A stretch of DNA of 64,000 nucleotides from Squalus acanthias (lineage: Eukaryota): contig CM059438.1 of NCBI GenBank assembly GCA_030390025.1, positions 63,242,001 through 63,306,000 on the forward strand, given 5' to 3'. A model generated the notes under the pieces. It was not told the origin of the DNA. It saw nothing but the letters and a program-made list of their open reading frames with translations, and made no database searches. The translations under genes and the position numbers were made by a program. Of the stretch, positions 48,347 through 59,905 are shown piece after piece (positions within the stretch are counted from its first letter, which is position 1; every line of letters starts with the position of its first letter).

Positions 48347-48822
48347 TAATAACAACAGAAAACGCTGGAAAAACTCAGCAGGCCAGGCAGCATCCATGGA
48401 GAGAGAAACAGAGTTAACGTTTCAGGTCGAGACCTTTCAGCAGAACTGGAAACAGCAGGAAATCAAATAGATTTAAGGCAAGGATAAAGCTGGGAAAAGG
48501 GGGAGGGGATGAAAGAACAAAAGGAGAGATTAAGAGACATTAACAGACATTAATAGATGATCGAGGCAAGAAGTGGTGTTAATGTGACAGGTTAAGGCTG
48601 AAAGAAGTGTGAAATCCACTGGCAGAATGAAGGACAGCTGCCAGCTTCTAGGAGGGAAAAAAAAGGGGGGGGGCAAATAAAAGGGTGGATGAAAAAATAA
48701 AATATAAATGTGATTGGGGCTAAGGTTATGATCTAAAATTGTTGAACTCGATATTGAGTCCAGAGGGCTGTAGCGTGCCTAAATGAAAGATGAGGTGTTG
48801 TTCCTCGAGCTTACGCTGCGCT
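48347..48822 (-). mobile_element. Penelope-like element 3' fragment with a 15-bp target-site duplication
   Basis: Its two ends are reverse complements of ~47215-47310 and ~47460-47565. ATAAAATATCTTAGA occurs at 48332-48346 and 48823-48837. Confidence 0.85.
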
Positions 48823-49766
48823 ATAAAATATCTTAGAGCTGGAAAGAGTAAATATAGAATATGACTCGTAATTTAAAAGTTGCAAATGATAAATAGTACA
48901 GATTGCCGAGGTGGAGCTGATGACAGCAGATTACAATGCAGAAAGTGTGTGTTCCCCATGAATTTTAACCAGTTGTAGTTACCGTTACACCAGCATAGAC
49001 CATGAGTGCATTACAGTCTTCACTGTTATTTTGTGCCGCAACCACGTCGCTGGTTTCTGTTTTGCTTGTTCTTTCTGCTTTCAATTTTCTCACTCGTTGA
49101 TCCCAGTCCTTCTCTTGGTCTCTAAGTCTGTACTTCTATTCTGATCTGCCCACTATCTTTGATGTGTTCCTTGACTTTTGCTTCATTGACCTTCTCCAAC
49201 TTCTGACCATCATGCCAGCCTTGGGTGCTTTCCTTCACTATTTATGCTTGGAGCTCAGAGCGTGAGATATTGATCCTTAATGACTTCAGACACTGCGACT
49301 ACTGTGCCGGTCTTTCTGTGTTTCTGACCGTGCTCGGTTCCCTTCAGCCCTTTTCCGTCTGCGACTGTTCCAACTGGACTTGTCACTTGACTTATCCCCT
49401 TCTTGGTTTCTCCGGGTTGCTCTCGAGACTGATCCTGTTGTTTAACTGCCTGACATCTGCAGAATCATAGAGCCACTTGATAGCAACTGCAACCAAATTC
49501 TGATCTTGTTTGAAAAGGACTTCATGAGAATTCCCCCCTTTAATACTTTGAGGAGAGCAACATTAATTTGGCGATCCTTTGCAAAAAAATATTTGGAAGT
49601 TTAATTCTAATTATATTTTTGTCTTGCCCAGATTTTCAATCCTGCTCCATGGCATCAATCATATATAAATAATTTATTTTTCAAGAGATTTACAAAAGGA
49701 AAGGAGGATTCTGGAGAGTTTTTAGAAGATTCAAAATGAAAACAACAGCTGGACTTAAAAGTTCAG

Positions 49767-50653
49767 GGGGAGAAATTCAGTATCGCCCCGTTTGGGGAAC
49801 AATTATCGGCCGGGTGCAAAGTTTAGCGCCTGGCGCTAATTATCGCCTCCGACTGCAAACTTGGCTTCTATCGCCCCTGGAGGTGATTGGAGCGCTAAAT
49901 CAGGTGCTACACACCTCTCTTAAGGCGCTAACACCGAGGAGTGAGGCGCTATCTCAGAGCGCTGGCGAAGCTCATGTGATGTCAGTCAGCAATGGAACAC
50001 AGACACAATGGCGCTGGTCAGTTCTTAAAGGGGAGGGTTGATCTTGCTCTGCCATCCACACCTTGCTCATTGCAGCCTTGAATCTAGGCCTGGAGAGACC
50101 TGTACATCAAATCTGCTGGAAAGAACAATGGAGAGGACCAGGGAAAGAGCTCAGAGTGCAGCCCCGACAGTCTCTTCTAAGTCGATGCAAGGAAGATCAA
50201 ATCAAAATGAACCTGCAGAGTGCTGCTCAGTACCCAAAACTCCTCAACACAGCGTTGAATATCTCCAGAAGTTTCTCTCTCTCACTCAATGCGTGGTTCA
50301 AAAATGTCGCCGAAAAAAAGGCAGGAACCGGTCGCCTTTAAATAGCGCTCCCCAGTCCCTTCCCAACTGCAAAACACTCCCCTCAACCTATCGTTGTTAG
50401 CGGCAGGCGGTAAGGCAGGGGGTGCCACTCAATATCCGGTCTGGGGCGCTACCGGGGCATTGCACGCTCGACTGAGGTCACGATCTGTGGGCGCAGGAGA
50501 TCATGGCGGTAGTGTTTATCGCCGCTGCAAAATGTAAGGTCAATTTTGCGAGCGGCACAAACATCGCCGCGCCCGGGCGCTAGTTGCTTTGCGCCCCATT
50601 AGAGCCCTCTTAAGGCGCTAACGGGAGGCGTAAACCAACCGAATTTTTCCCTC
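49767..50653 (-). mobile_element. MITE family A, copy 4 (opposite orientation)
   Basis: Reverse complement of copy 1; CAG TSD. Confidence 0.9.
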
Positions 50654-50734
50654 CAGATGTTCCATCATGCTGAAGTTTCTTTCAGATCACCTTAGTTGGA
50701 TGAGCCTGCAGCTTCTGAAAGCAAAATTGAAACA

Positions 50735-51115
50735 TATCATTGAAACATATAAGATTCTGAAAGGGCTTCACAGGGTAGATGTTGAGAGGTTGTTTCCCCT
50801 GGCTGGAGAGTCTAGAGCTAGGAGGCATAATCTCAGGATAAGGGGTCGGTCATTTAAGACGGAGATGAGGAGGAATTTCTTCACTCAGAGTGTTGTGAAT
50901 CTTTGGAATTCTCTGCCTCAGAGGGCTGTGGATGTTCAGTCGATGAATATATTCAAGGCTGAGATCGATAGATTTTTGGACTCTGGGGGAATCAAGGGAT
51001 ATGGGGATCGGGCAGGAAAGTGGAGTTGAGGTCGAAGATCAGCCATGATCTTATTGAATGGCGGAGCAGGCTCGAGGGGCCGTATGGCCTACGCCTGCTG
51101 CTAATTCTTATGTTC
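50735..51115 (+). mobile_element. CR1 3' fragment
   Basis: IETYKILKGL...WS* plus 3' UTR. Confidence 0.9.
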
Positions 51116-52379
51116 AAAAGAGGGCTGTTGAGGACTTAAATGGCTAACGAGATGAGAAGTAGCAGTCAGTACCTAAGGGACTTGTCTCATAGTGAATTAT
51201 TACAGGGTTGTCTATCTCGGATGTTCTGTATTTTTTATAGCAAAACATGTTCAGTGTGAGCACCCTCTGGAGTTCTCATTTAGATTGCCCTATACAAAAA
51301 GAAAAAGGATAGCGATGGAGTCTTGTCAATTTTAGGTAGAGCAGGAGAAGCCAAGTATCACAACATCATCTGGCTTAATAACTAATACAATAGCATTAAA
51401 AATTTCAGTATCAGGACCTCTTTATGAAAATGTAGCCAATCACCGTGTCAATCCAGTAATAAGTGTTACATTGATTCGTGCTTTAAGAGGTTGCAGGGAA
51501 TGAGCGAGCAAAAAAGGGGCTGGTGTATCAGCAGCTGTCGCTCTGAAGCTGAAGTTTAGATGTTGTCAAGGCAATTTAGGCAGATCCTTGTATATCTGCC
51601 TTTTGGCCCGTGCTACGTCTGATTGTCCAATACGGTCCTGAGAGGCACAGCCTGATGAGCATGTACGGCAGTAAGATTATTTGCATGGAATTTGCAGCAC
51701 AGAAAAAGGCCATTCAGCCCAACTGGTCTGCGCCGGTGTTGATGCTCCTCCTCCCGCTCTACTTCATCTCACCCTATCACCATATCCTTCTATTCCTTTC
51801 CTCATCGTGTAATTATCTAGCTTTCCCTTAAATGCATCTATGCTATTTGCCTCAACAACTCCATGTGGTAGCTTGTTCCACATTCGAACCAGAAAACAAT
51901 TTTCCAGTCAATATTATTCACAAACTATGCGGCCTGGAGTTCTCCTCCGCACTGGCGCCCAGATATACCCGTAATCTTTTACGTTCATCCATCAAACCCT
52001 TGTCCGAACAAATCTCCTCCCACAAAATTGGCCGCCCCACCCCACGACTCTCAAATGTGTGTATCCTCCAATTGCACTTGTTCGGGGGGGTGGGGGTGGG
52101 GGGGGTGGGGGGGTGGGGGGGGGGGATTGGCGGGTGCGGTCAATCAACTTTGCGACCAGATTTTCAGGTGCAGCAGGAAACAAAGTAATTCTTTTGGTCT
52201 TGCAATTGCAATATTTTGTGCGTTTTAAAAATAAATCTATCCTCACGGAGACCTGCTCTGTATTTTCTGTTTCTTTGAATGGATTTTTCTGGCATAAGTA
52301 TAAGTCACATTAAAAGTTGAAAAGCTTCCCCGATTGCAGGTTCTTAAACATGCTGTGCCTGATGTGTTTGAATGATGGT

Positions 52380-52926
52380 TAAGAACATCAGAAATAGGAG
52401 CAGGAGCAGGCCATTCGGCCCCTCGAGCCTGCTCCGCCATTCAATGAGATCATGGCTGATCCGATTTTGGCCTCAACTCCACTTTCCTGCCCGCTCCCCA
52501 TAACCCTTGACTCCCCTGTTGCTCAAAAACCTGTCTATCTCAGCCTTGAATATATTCAATGACTCAGCCTCCACAGCTCTCTGGGGTGAAGAATTCCAAA
52601 GATTCACGACCCTCTGAGAGAAGAAATTCCTCCTCATCTCCATCTTAAATGGGCGATCCCTTATTCTGAGACAATGCCCCCTCGTTCTAGATTTCCCCCA
52701 CGAGGGGAAACATACTCTCAGAATCTACCCTATCCAACCCCCTCAGAATCTTAAATGTTTCAATAAGATCACCTCTCATTCTTCTAAACTCCAATGAGTA
52801 TAGGTCCAACCTGCTCAACCTTTCCTCATAAGACAACCCTTCCATCCCAGAAATCAACCTAGTGAACCTTCTCTGAACTGCCTCCAATGCAAGTATATAT
52901 CTCCTTAAATATGGAGACCACAACTG
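52380..52926 (-). mobile_element. CR1 3' fragment
   Basis: WSPYLRRYILALEAVQRRFTRLI ORF plus tail. Confidence 0.9.
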
Positions 52927-54173
52927 TTAAATAAGTTGAAACTTAAATTTTAATACTTGAAGAAATATACTGGTGTGGGTTCGATGCTTTCCTTGGGCTC
53001 CGATTGTTTACACTTATTTATGACCATTATAAGTTCGGGCGTATTCTAATAAGATTGGAAGGATACTTGAGCATAACTTGACATCGGCAAAATGATCGCC
53101 ATATTTCTGGGTCTAACGTCTAGGTTGGGCCTGAATATTTATTTGTGTTAGATGATTAAAGGAGCAGCATCTTGCGCTTTTTCATATATAAAAGCATAAT
53201 TACTTGTTCTCATTCTTCCCAAGAATAGCTGTTAAACATTAATTAAAGTTGGAATTGTTAATGATTCGTTCGTAAGATCAGGGTAACTTCCCCGTCGTCT
53301 GAAATGGATATAGTGCCAAACGAGATAGGGAGTTCCATCTTATTTCTCTTCAGTGGAGACAGCAATGGCAACACGTCCAGGCATTCAGTGGTGGAATCGC
53401 AGAGCTGCGATTCATCGGCAGTCCTGATAGAGCAGGAGCACTTCTGTGCTTTGTTCAAAAAGAGCAAGGAGTTTTTTTTAAACATATACATAGGTATAAA
53501 TAAATGATTGCAGTTGAAGACTACAGACATGTTCTGCTGAAGACATACGGCTCCTTGAGGTGAGGGATGTCAGTGCTGGAACACTTGAGAACCAAGTGTC
53601 GTCAAGTACTTTCAGTTCAGATATTGCAGGGTCCTTTACTCTGCCTCAGCCATGTACCTTAATCCTCCCAAACTCTTGATTTGGAAGTTCTTGATGACAT
53701 TAGTGCACAAGTGTTTCACTATCCAGTATTGATGTCCCGCTCCTTAAGGATTATGACCTTTTCCATTTCCCACCCCGCGTACCTTGTCCCCTCTCTTGGC
53801 GAGACTGCCGATCATTATTTTAGCAATGGATAATTGCAGACTTGTCCCCACCACTTGTCCAAGTTTGAGTTTGCCCAACTGGATTTCACTTAGGCCCCTT
53901 ACCGTCAACAGAAGGTTCAGGAGAGTTTTATCGCATCTGTCTGGGCAGGATTCAAATCCAGATCCCACAGTTGATAGTGTCTCAAGCCATTGTATTGTCC
54001 AGTTCCCTCTCTAATTAGCTTCCTAGTTGATGTTATTTCAGTGGCAATAAAAGCACATCCAACGTCCTACAAAGGCGGTTCTCATGTCTCACCTAAAACT
54101 GATCAATGTACGTCTATTTGATTCAACTTTCTTTCCTTCCTCCTTTAAAGTTGGGTGTACAAGGACTTTAAAA

Positions 54174-54435
54174 AGGGGGCGATTTTAACCCTACTCGCTC
54201 AGCAGAAACCTGGCGGGTAGGCAGTTAAAATCGCCCTGGCTCTTACCTGTCCAAAAGCCGCCATGATCGCAACAGCTGCAATTTTAACCTGCTCTCCAGA
54301 GCAGGCAGCAAGGACAACCGCCCGGAGCCAGCAGGGTCCTTCTTTATATAGGCATGTTGCCGCCCGATGACATCGGTGAGTTAATTTTAACTCAGGCCTG
54401 AGTGGGGAATCCACCTGGAGTTAAAATCGGGGCCA
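54174..54435. mobile_element. Short Harbinger-like MITE with repeated ttttaac/gttaaaat motifs
   Basis: Termini ggggcgattttaac...gttaaaatcggggcc; internal hairpin at 54177-54237. Confidence 0.6.
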
Positions 54436-56204
54436 ATTTCTTGTCAAGAAGTGATCTGATCATGGATCACTGGCTTCTAATCTTTACTTGGTGCATTGAG
54501 CTGTTTTCAGATCTTTTAGTTGAGCGCAGTAAGTGCGACAGTAGTGTGGAATGCATACATGCAGAGTGGAGTAGAACAGGAGAATCTGCTATTTCTGCAG
54601 TCACAGCTTATTGTATATAGGATGTGCACAGTTAGACCATATCATGAGATTATTGCAGCGAGTGTAGCAAGGTGCTATAATGAGGTTGTTGTAGGGCGGG
54701 GTTCCCAGAAATTCCTTAGGAGGATGGGTATGGGGAGGGTTTTTCTGCAGCATAAGTTGGGTGGGATGGCAGAATTTGGACCAGTGCCAGGTGTCTGCCC
54801 TCTTTTCTTCTCTCTGCAGTGAAATTTTAATGGGGAGGACATGGGCACTTCTTGCATATGCCCACCCATGGTGTCAGAAGAGGAGGCAGATCTAGCGAGG
54901 TAACCGTCTGCTGTCAAGCTTTCGACCACAAGCTTGAGCGACAAGATGGATTTGGACAGTCTTTAAAAAGTGGAGAGAGAAAGTTCCAAGGCAGCTGAAG
55001 GTATTCCCTTTGAGACTGTCCAAACTCATTCCACATAGGACCCTCAGTGTAGGACTAGATTTGAACCCAGATCCCCAGAGGTGAATGGCTGGTATCCAGC
55101 CCACTGCAGCCTTACCCAGTCTACCCTGTCCCTCTTTTCAATTTGCCCGAGGAAGCTACTGGTTGTCCCAGAATAGGTAACCTGTTGCTTCTATCGAAAT
55201 GAATAGTGTCTGTTCATGGACCTGGCTTCCTGTTTATATTGGGGCACTGAACGCTATCTACAGTGACTTACAGTGAGAATATTTACAAGGTCATTAAAGC
55301 ATTTTATTAGGAATGGAATTGTGAAGATAGGAAGTCTTATAATCCTGCATATCTAAAGTGTTAAAGATAAAAAAAGACAAATAGATTGATCAAGTGTCAC
55401 ACGGCAAATTCATAAAACATTGAGTCATAATGGACACGTCACCTTTACTACATTCCTACATGTACAACACTGGGCACATTTCAAAAGTAATTCATTGGCT
55501 TTGGGACGTCCTGAGGATGTAAAAGGTGCTATAGAAACGCAGGTTCTTGCTTACATTAAGGAAACTCGAGACACAAACTCAATCCCAGTTCTCTGTAAAA
55601 TGTCTCCTGATAATTATTATTGCATTATTTTCTCACTGCTTCGAGCAGCTATTATCTAGCTGTCACACGCCCTTGAATATGCTGCAGTTTCCAACACAGC
55701 AGCATTTTATTTGGTTATGCAACCGCCCCATGCTTAGCACATGCCTCTGATAAATTACCATGGTATGCTTGTCCAATTAAGATCATGTTTTGGCAGAAGA
55801 CATTCTGAAAGGGCCAGTATTTCCGTCACAGGGAAGGAGAAGAGCCAAAACAACCAGTGGATTTTGTTGGAATAGCGCCATGCACAAGTGATCAGGATTT
55901 GCCAGAAAAAGACTCTGCCCCTTTAACAGGCGATCTTTCCCATCCACCCACCCTCCTCCCATAGACTACCAACAGTCGCTGAGGCATCAGCCATCCTAAC
56001 CCTATGGATCTCTTCCTCAACCCCTCCATTTACTACACATCTCTTCTTCATAAGCCTCCTGAAAACCGACCTCTTTGCCTTTGAGTGCAGTCAGCACTGA
56101 TGTAATAATGTCATGTAGTCGTACAACAGAACTGTGCAAGAGTTTCAAATAAAAAAAAAATCATTGTACTGGACCCTAAAATAATACCAGTATTTTGCAA
56201 TAGT

Positions 56205-56915
56205 GTCAGCCAATGGCTCAGTGGGTAGCACTCTCACCTCTGGAGTCAGAAGGTTGTGGGTTCAAGCCCCACTCCAGGGACTTGAGTACAACAATCTGAG
56301 ATGACACTCTAGTGCAGTGCTGAGGGAAGAAGAGCAGGGGAGGTATCTCTGGTGTCCTGGCCAATATTTATTCCTCAATTAATGTAACAAAAACAGATTA
56401 TCTGGTCATTGTCACACTGCTGTTTGTGGGAGCTTGCTGAGTGCAAATTGGCTGCTGCGTTTCCTACATTACAACAGTGACTACACTTCCTTAGCTGTAA
56501 AGCTAATTGATTGAGGTGTACAAAATTGTGAGGGGCATAGATAAAAAGGAACTTTTCCCCTTAGTAGAGGGGTCAATAACCAGGGGGCATAGTTTCAAGG
56601 TAAGGGGATTTGAGGAAAAATGTTTTCACCCAGAGGGTGGTTGGAATCTGGAACTCACTGCCTGAAAGGGTGGTAGAGGCAGGAACCCTCACAACATTCA
56701 AGAAGCATTTAGATGAGCACTTGAAACGCCATAGCATGCAAGGCTACGGACCAAGTGCTGGAAAATGGGATTAGAATAGACAGGGCTTGATGGCCGGCGC
56801 AGACACGATGGGCCGAAGGGCCTCTTTCTGTGCTGTATGACTCTATGACTCTATAAGCGCTTTGAGACATCCGGTGGTCATGAAAGGCGCTATATAAATG
56901 TAAGTCTTTCTTTTC
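56205..56915 (+). mobile_element. Deu-type SINE interrupted by a CR1 3' fragment (~56503-56854)
   Basis: SINE head with A and B boxes; the SINE resumes after the (atgactct)n CR1 tail, with aagc repeated at both junctions. Confidence 0.88.
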
Positions 56916-56972
56916 TTTATAGCTAAATGAAAAATGACAGCCATAACTTTTGAACCTATTCTTTGTGTGTAG

Positions 56973-57082
56973 GCCAGCGATGGTGGTGAGAGCATTGGGA
57001 ACTGCCCGTTCTCCCAACGCCTATTCATGATCCTGTGGTTGAAGAGAGTCGCTTTCACCATTAACACAGTGGATATGAAGAG
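56973..57082 (+). CDS. CLIC3: CLIC3 coding exon 2: [36 protein letters not shown](R)
   Basis: tgtag acceptor, AG|gtgagt donor, 110 nt, phase 0/2. Contains the CLIC signature [16 protein letters not shown]. Confidence 0.95.
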
Positions 57083-58154
57083 GTGAGTGCTGTCTGAAGT
57101 GAACTGAGTGTTGATCCAAGAGAAAGGGAGGCGGTGCACGAAGCGCTGTGACAATGAGCCACTTTGTTGATGAATACCATGAATGCCTGTGTTATATCCG
57201 TAACTGTGCCATCTTCCAATCACCCCAGCAACTCCTCCCTCTCTTTCCCTCCCATCACACGATCCACCAACATGTCCAACAGGGCCTCATCAACGTCTCT
57301 GATCTGACACTTCACGGCCCGGCCTACCCAGCTGAGGCTCAACGCTCTGAACCAGACAACTGCACTAAACTCCCATGAGCCACTGCATGTCTCAGCTTCT
57401 AGCACTATGCCTGCACAAGGATTGCAATTTTAATATGAGCCTAATGTGACACGGCCAAGCGACCAGATCACAACTCTCAAAAAACCCATCATGCCAGCCT
57501 AGGCCCGAGGTATTTTCCCTTTCCCCTCCCGTGTCTCCCAGCAGCCCACATCCCCACTCCCTCCCAGCTTCAACCCTGCCCTGGCTACCTCCCACTCCTT
57601 AGCCTGTTAGCCCCTTATCAATGTGCTCACACTCCACGCTTCTGCTGTTTTACATTCTGGTCAGTGCTGCTCACAATTTTGCTCCTGGACTTTGACGCTC
57701 GGCCGCTCCACAACATCCCAGTCTCATCTACGTAGTGGACTTTGCTGCCATCTCCATTTCCCTCCCTTTGGTTAAAATATGCAGTACAGTACAGTATTGA
57801 TTACTTAAACTCTCAGATTTAGTCACAGTGGATGTGTTGAGGGGTAAGTACGAAATTTTGAAACATCTGCAGTTTGTGGTATACAAAAGTAAATCTAGTT
57901 TTGCACAAGTAAATAATAGAACAAATCGGAAAAGAAGGATAATTACATTGAGTACAAAGATGAACTAAGGATTGCAAGCCAACTATTAGAGGAAAGACAT
58001 TTTTTAAATATATTGCTATGAAGAGCAAATCAAATATAAATATGGGAATAGCAGAATACATTTTTAATATTTTAAAATTGTCTTTCTACTGTGGGCAAAT
58101 CCACAGAAGATTGAGTAATATATTTCAAAACATGGCTAGTTAGTATTCAAAGTG

Positions 58155-58305
58155 CTCTGTGTCTCTCTCTTTCTCTGTTTGTGTCTCTCTGTTTCTTTCT
58201 CTCTGTGTCTTGTGTGTCTCTCTCTCTTTCTCTGTCTATCTCCCTCTCTCTCTGTCTGTGTCTCTCTCTTTGTCTCTCTTTCAGGGTCATGTGTCGCTCT
58301 CTCTT
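58155..58305. repeat. Degenerate (CT/GT)n microsatellite
   Basis: Directly visible. Confidence 0.9.
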
Positions 58306-59287
58306 GAGTTAGATGTCAAGCACTTGTGCTGCATGCTCTCCCCCCCTCAGTGCCTTGTTGCAAAACGTTAAAAGTTTACAAGCCAACTTCACAAATGTTG
58401 TTCCAATTGGTTTGAGAATACATCAGTCACATTGACACTGGTTTTAGGACTGAACAGGTTCCAGGAGGCTCTCCTGTGTTTGAAGCTGGACCAGACCAAT
58501 GGGGTGAAAGAGTTTTTTCTCTCTCTGCTGGCGATCATGATCCTCTGTGAGAGGAATTCGAATAGTCTTAACTCAGTTCCTCCTGGCAATGGGCCCACAG
58601 TACACAAGAATTGGTGCAAATCTGTGCTGAGTTGCTAATCTCTGAGAGCCTATGATGACAGCTGGTGTGAGAAGTCACATATCACATTAACGTTGTAGGA
58701 AGCGCTGTTGAAGTTAGGGTTGATGCATGTAGCTGGGACAATAGAGAGCACTTTACTCTGTGTCGGGAATGCTTCTCGTCAGCAGTTGAAAAATGCTCCC
58801 TTTCTCTCTTTGAGCGCGTAAGTGTATTTAACAAGTAATCAAAACAAGAGCATGTACCTTTTTGGCACAGTTTTCATGCCTCAAATGTTGGTTGTCCTTT
58901 TCATATTTTGCTTCCCCCCTTCCCTATTTTCCACAGCTTGAGACTCTGATTTGGAGTATTTTTGGGGGGGCATTATTAGCCAAAGTTGACAACACTAAGC
59001 ATAAATCACAGGTCCTCTGTCAAAAATAGCCGAGTGTGAGCCTGCGGGTGGAGGTTATGCCACACGGGAGGGGTAGGAGGTCACATAACTCCTGTATAAA
59101 TCAGTCTGTGGCCGGACAATGGTTTTCTCTCAGGGGGCAATGGGTCTCCCCTCAGGCATAGGGAGGAATAGTAAACAATGCTGATAGTGGGGAGGCAACT
59201 GCCAAAAGGAAATTCTTGAACTTTGTGAAGAAACAAATCCTCAAATTAAATACATCATTGTTGTATTCAAGCAAGCAGCCAGGTAGC

Positions 59288-59905
59288 AAAGAAAGAAAGA
59301 ACTTGCATTTCTATAGCGCCTTTCACGACCTCAGGATGTCCCAAAGCGCCTTATAGCTAATTGAGTACTTTTGAAGCGTAGTCACTGTTGGAATGTAGGA
59401 ACAGGTCTCAAAATAGTAGAGGAAGAAACAACAAATGATAGGAGGGACACATTGCGTCGTTTACACCTCTCAGGGAAGACTGAACAGGCTGGGGCTTTTT
59501 TCTCTAGAAAAGAGAAGGCTGAGGGGTGACCTGATAGAGGCCTTTAAGATTATGAAAGGGTTTGAGAGGGTAGACGTGGAGAAGATGTTTCTACTTGTGG
59601 GGTGACCAAAACTAGGGGCCATAAATATAAGATAGTCACTAATAAATCCAGTAGGGAATTCAGGAGAAACTGTTTTACCCAGAGAGTGGTTAGAATGTGG
59701 AACTCGCTACCGCAAGAAGTAGTTGAGGCGAATATCATAGATGATTTTAAGGGGAAGCTGGATAAACACATGAGGGAGAAAGGAATAGAAGGATATGCTG
59801 ATAGGGTTAGATGAAGAGAGGTGGGAGGAGACTCATGGGGAGCATAAACACCAGCATGGACCATTTGGGCTAAATGGTCTGTTTCTTTGCTGTGCATTCT
59901 GTATA
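59288..59905. mobile_element. SINE tail (59288-59400, minus) and CR1 3' fragment (59478-59905, plus)
   Basis: Match to the SINE tail and to 16370-16800. Confidence 0.85.

Noticed and set aside
53300..53565. Possible alternative CLIC3 first exon ending at GAG|gtgagg
   Set aside because: The nearest open ATG frame ends in phase 2, incompatible with phase-0 exon 2, and the peptide has no CLIC similarity.
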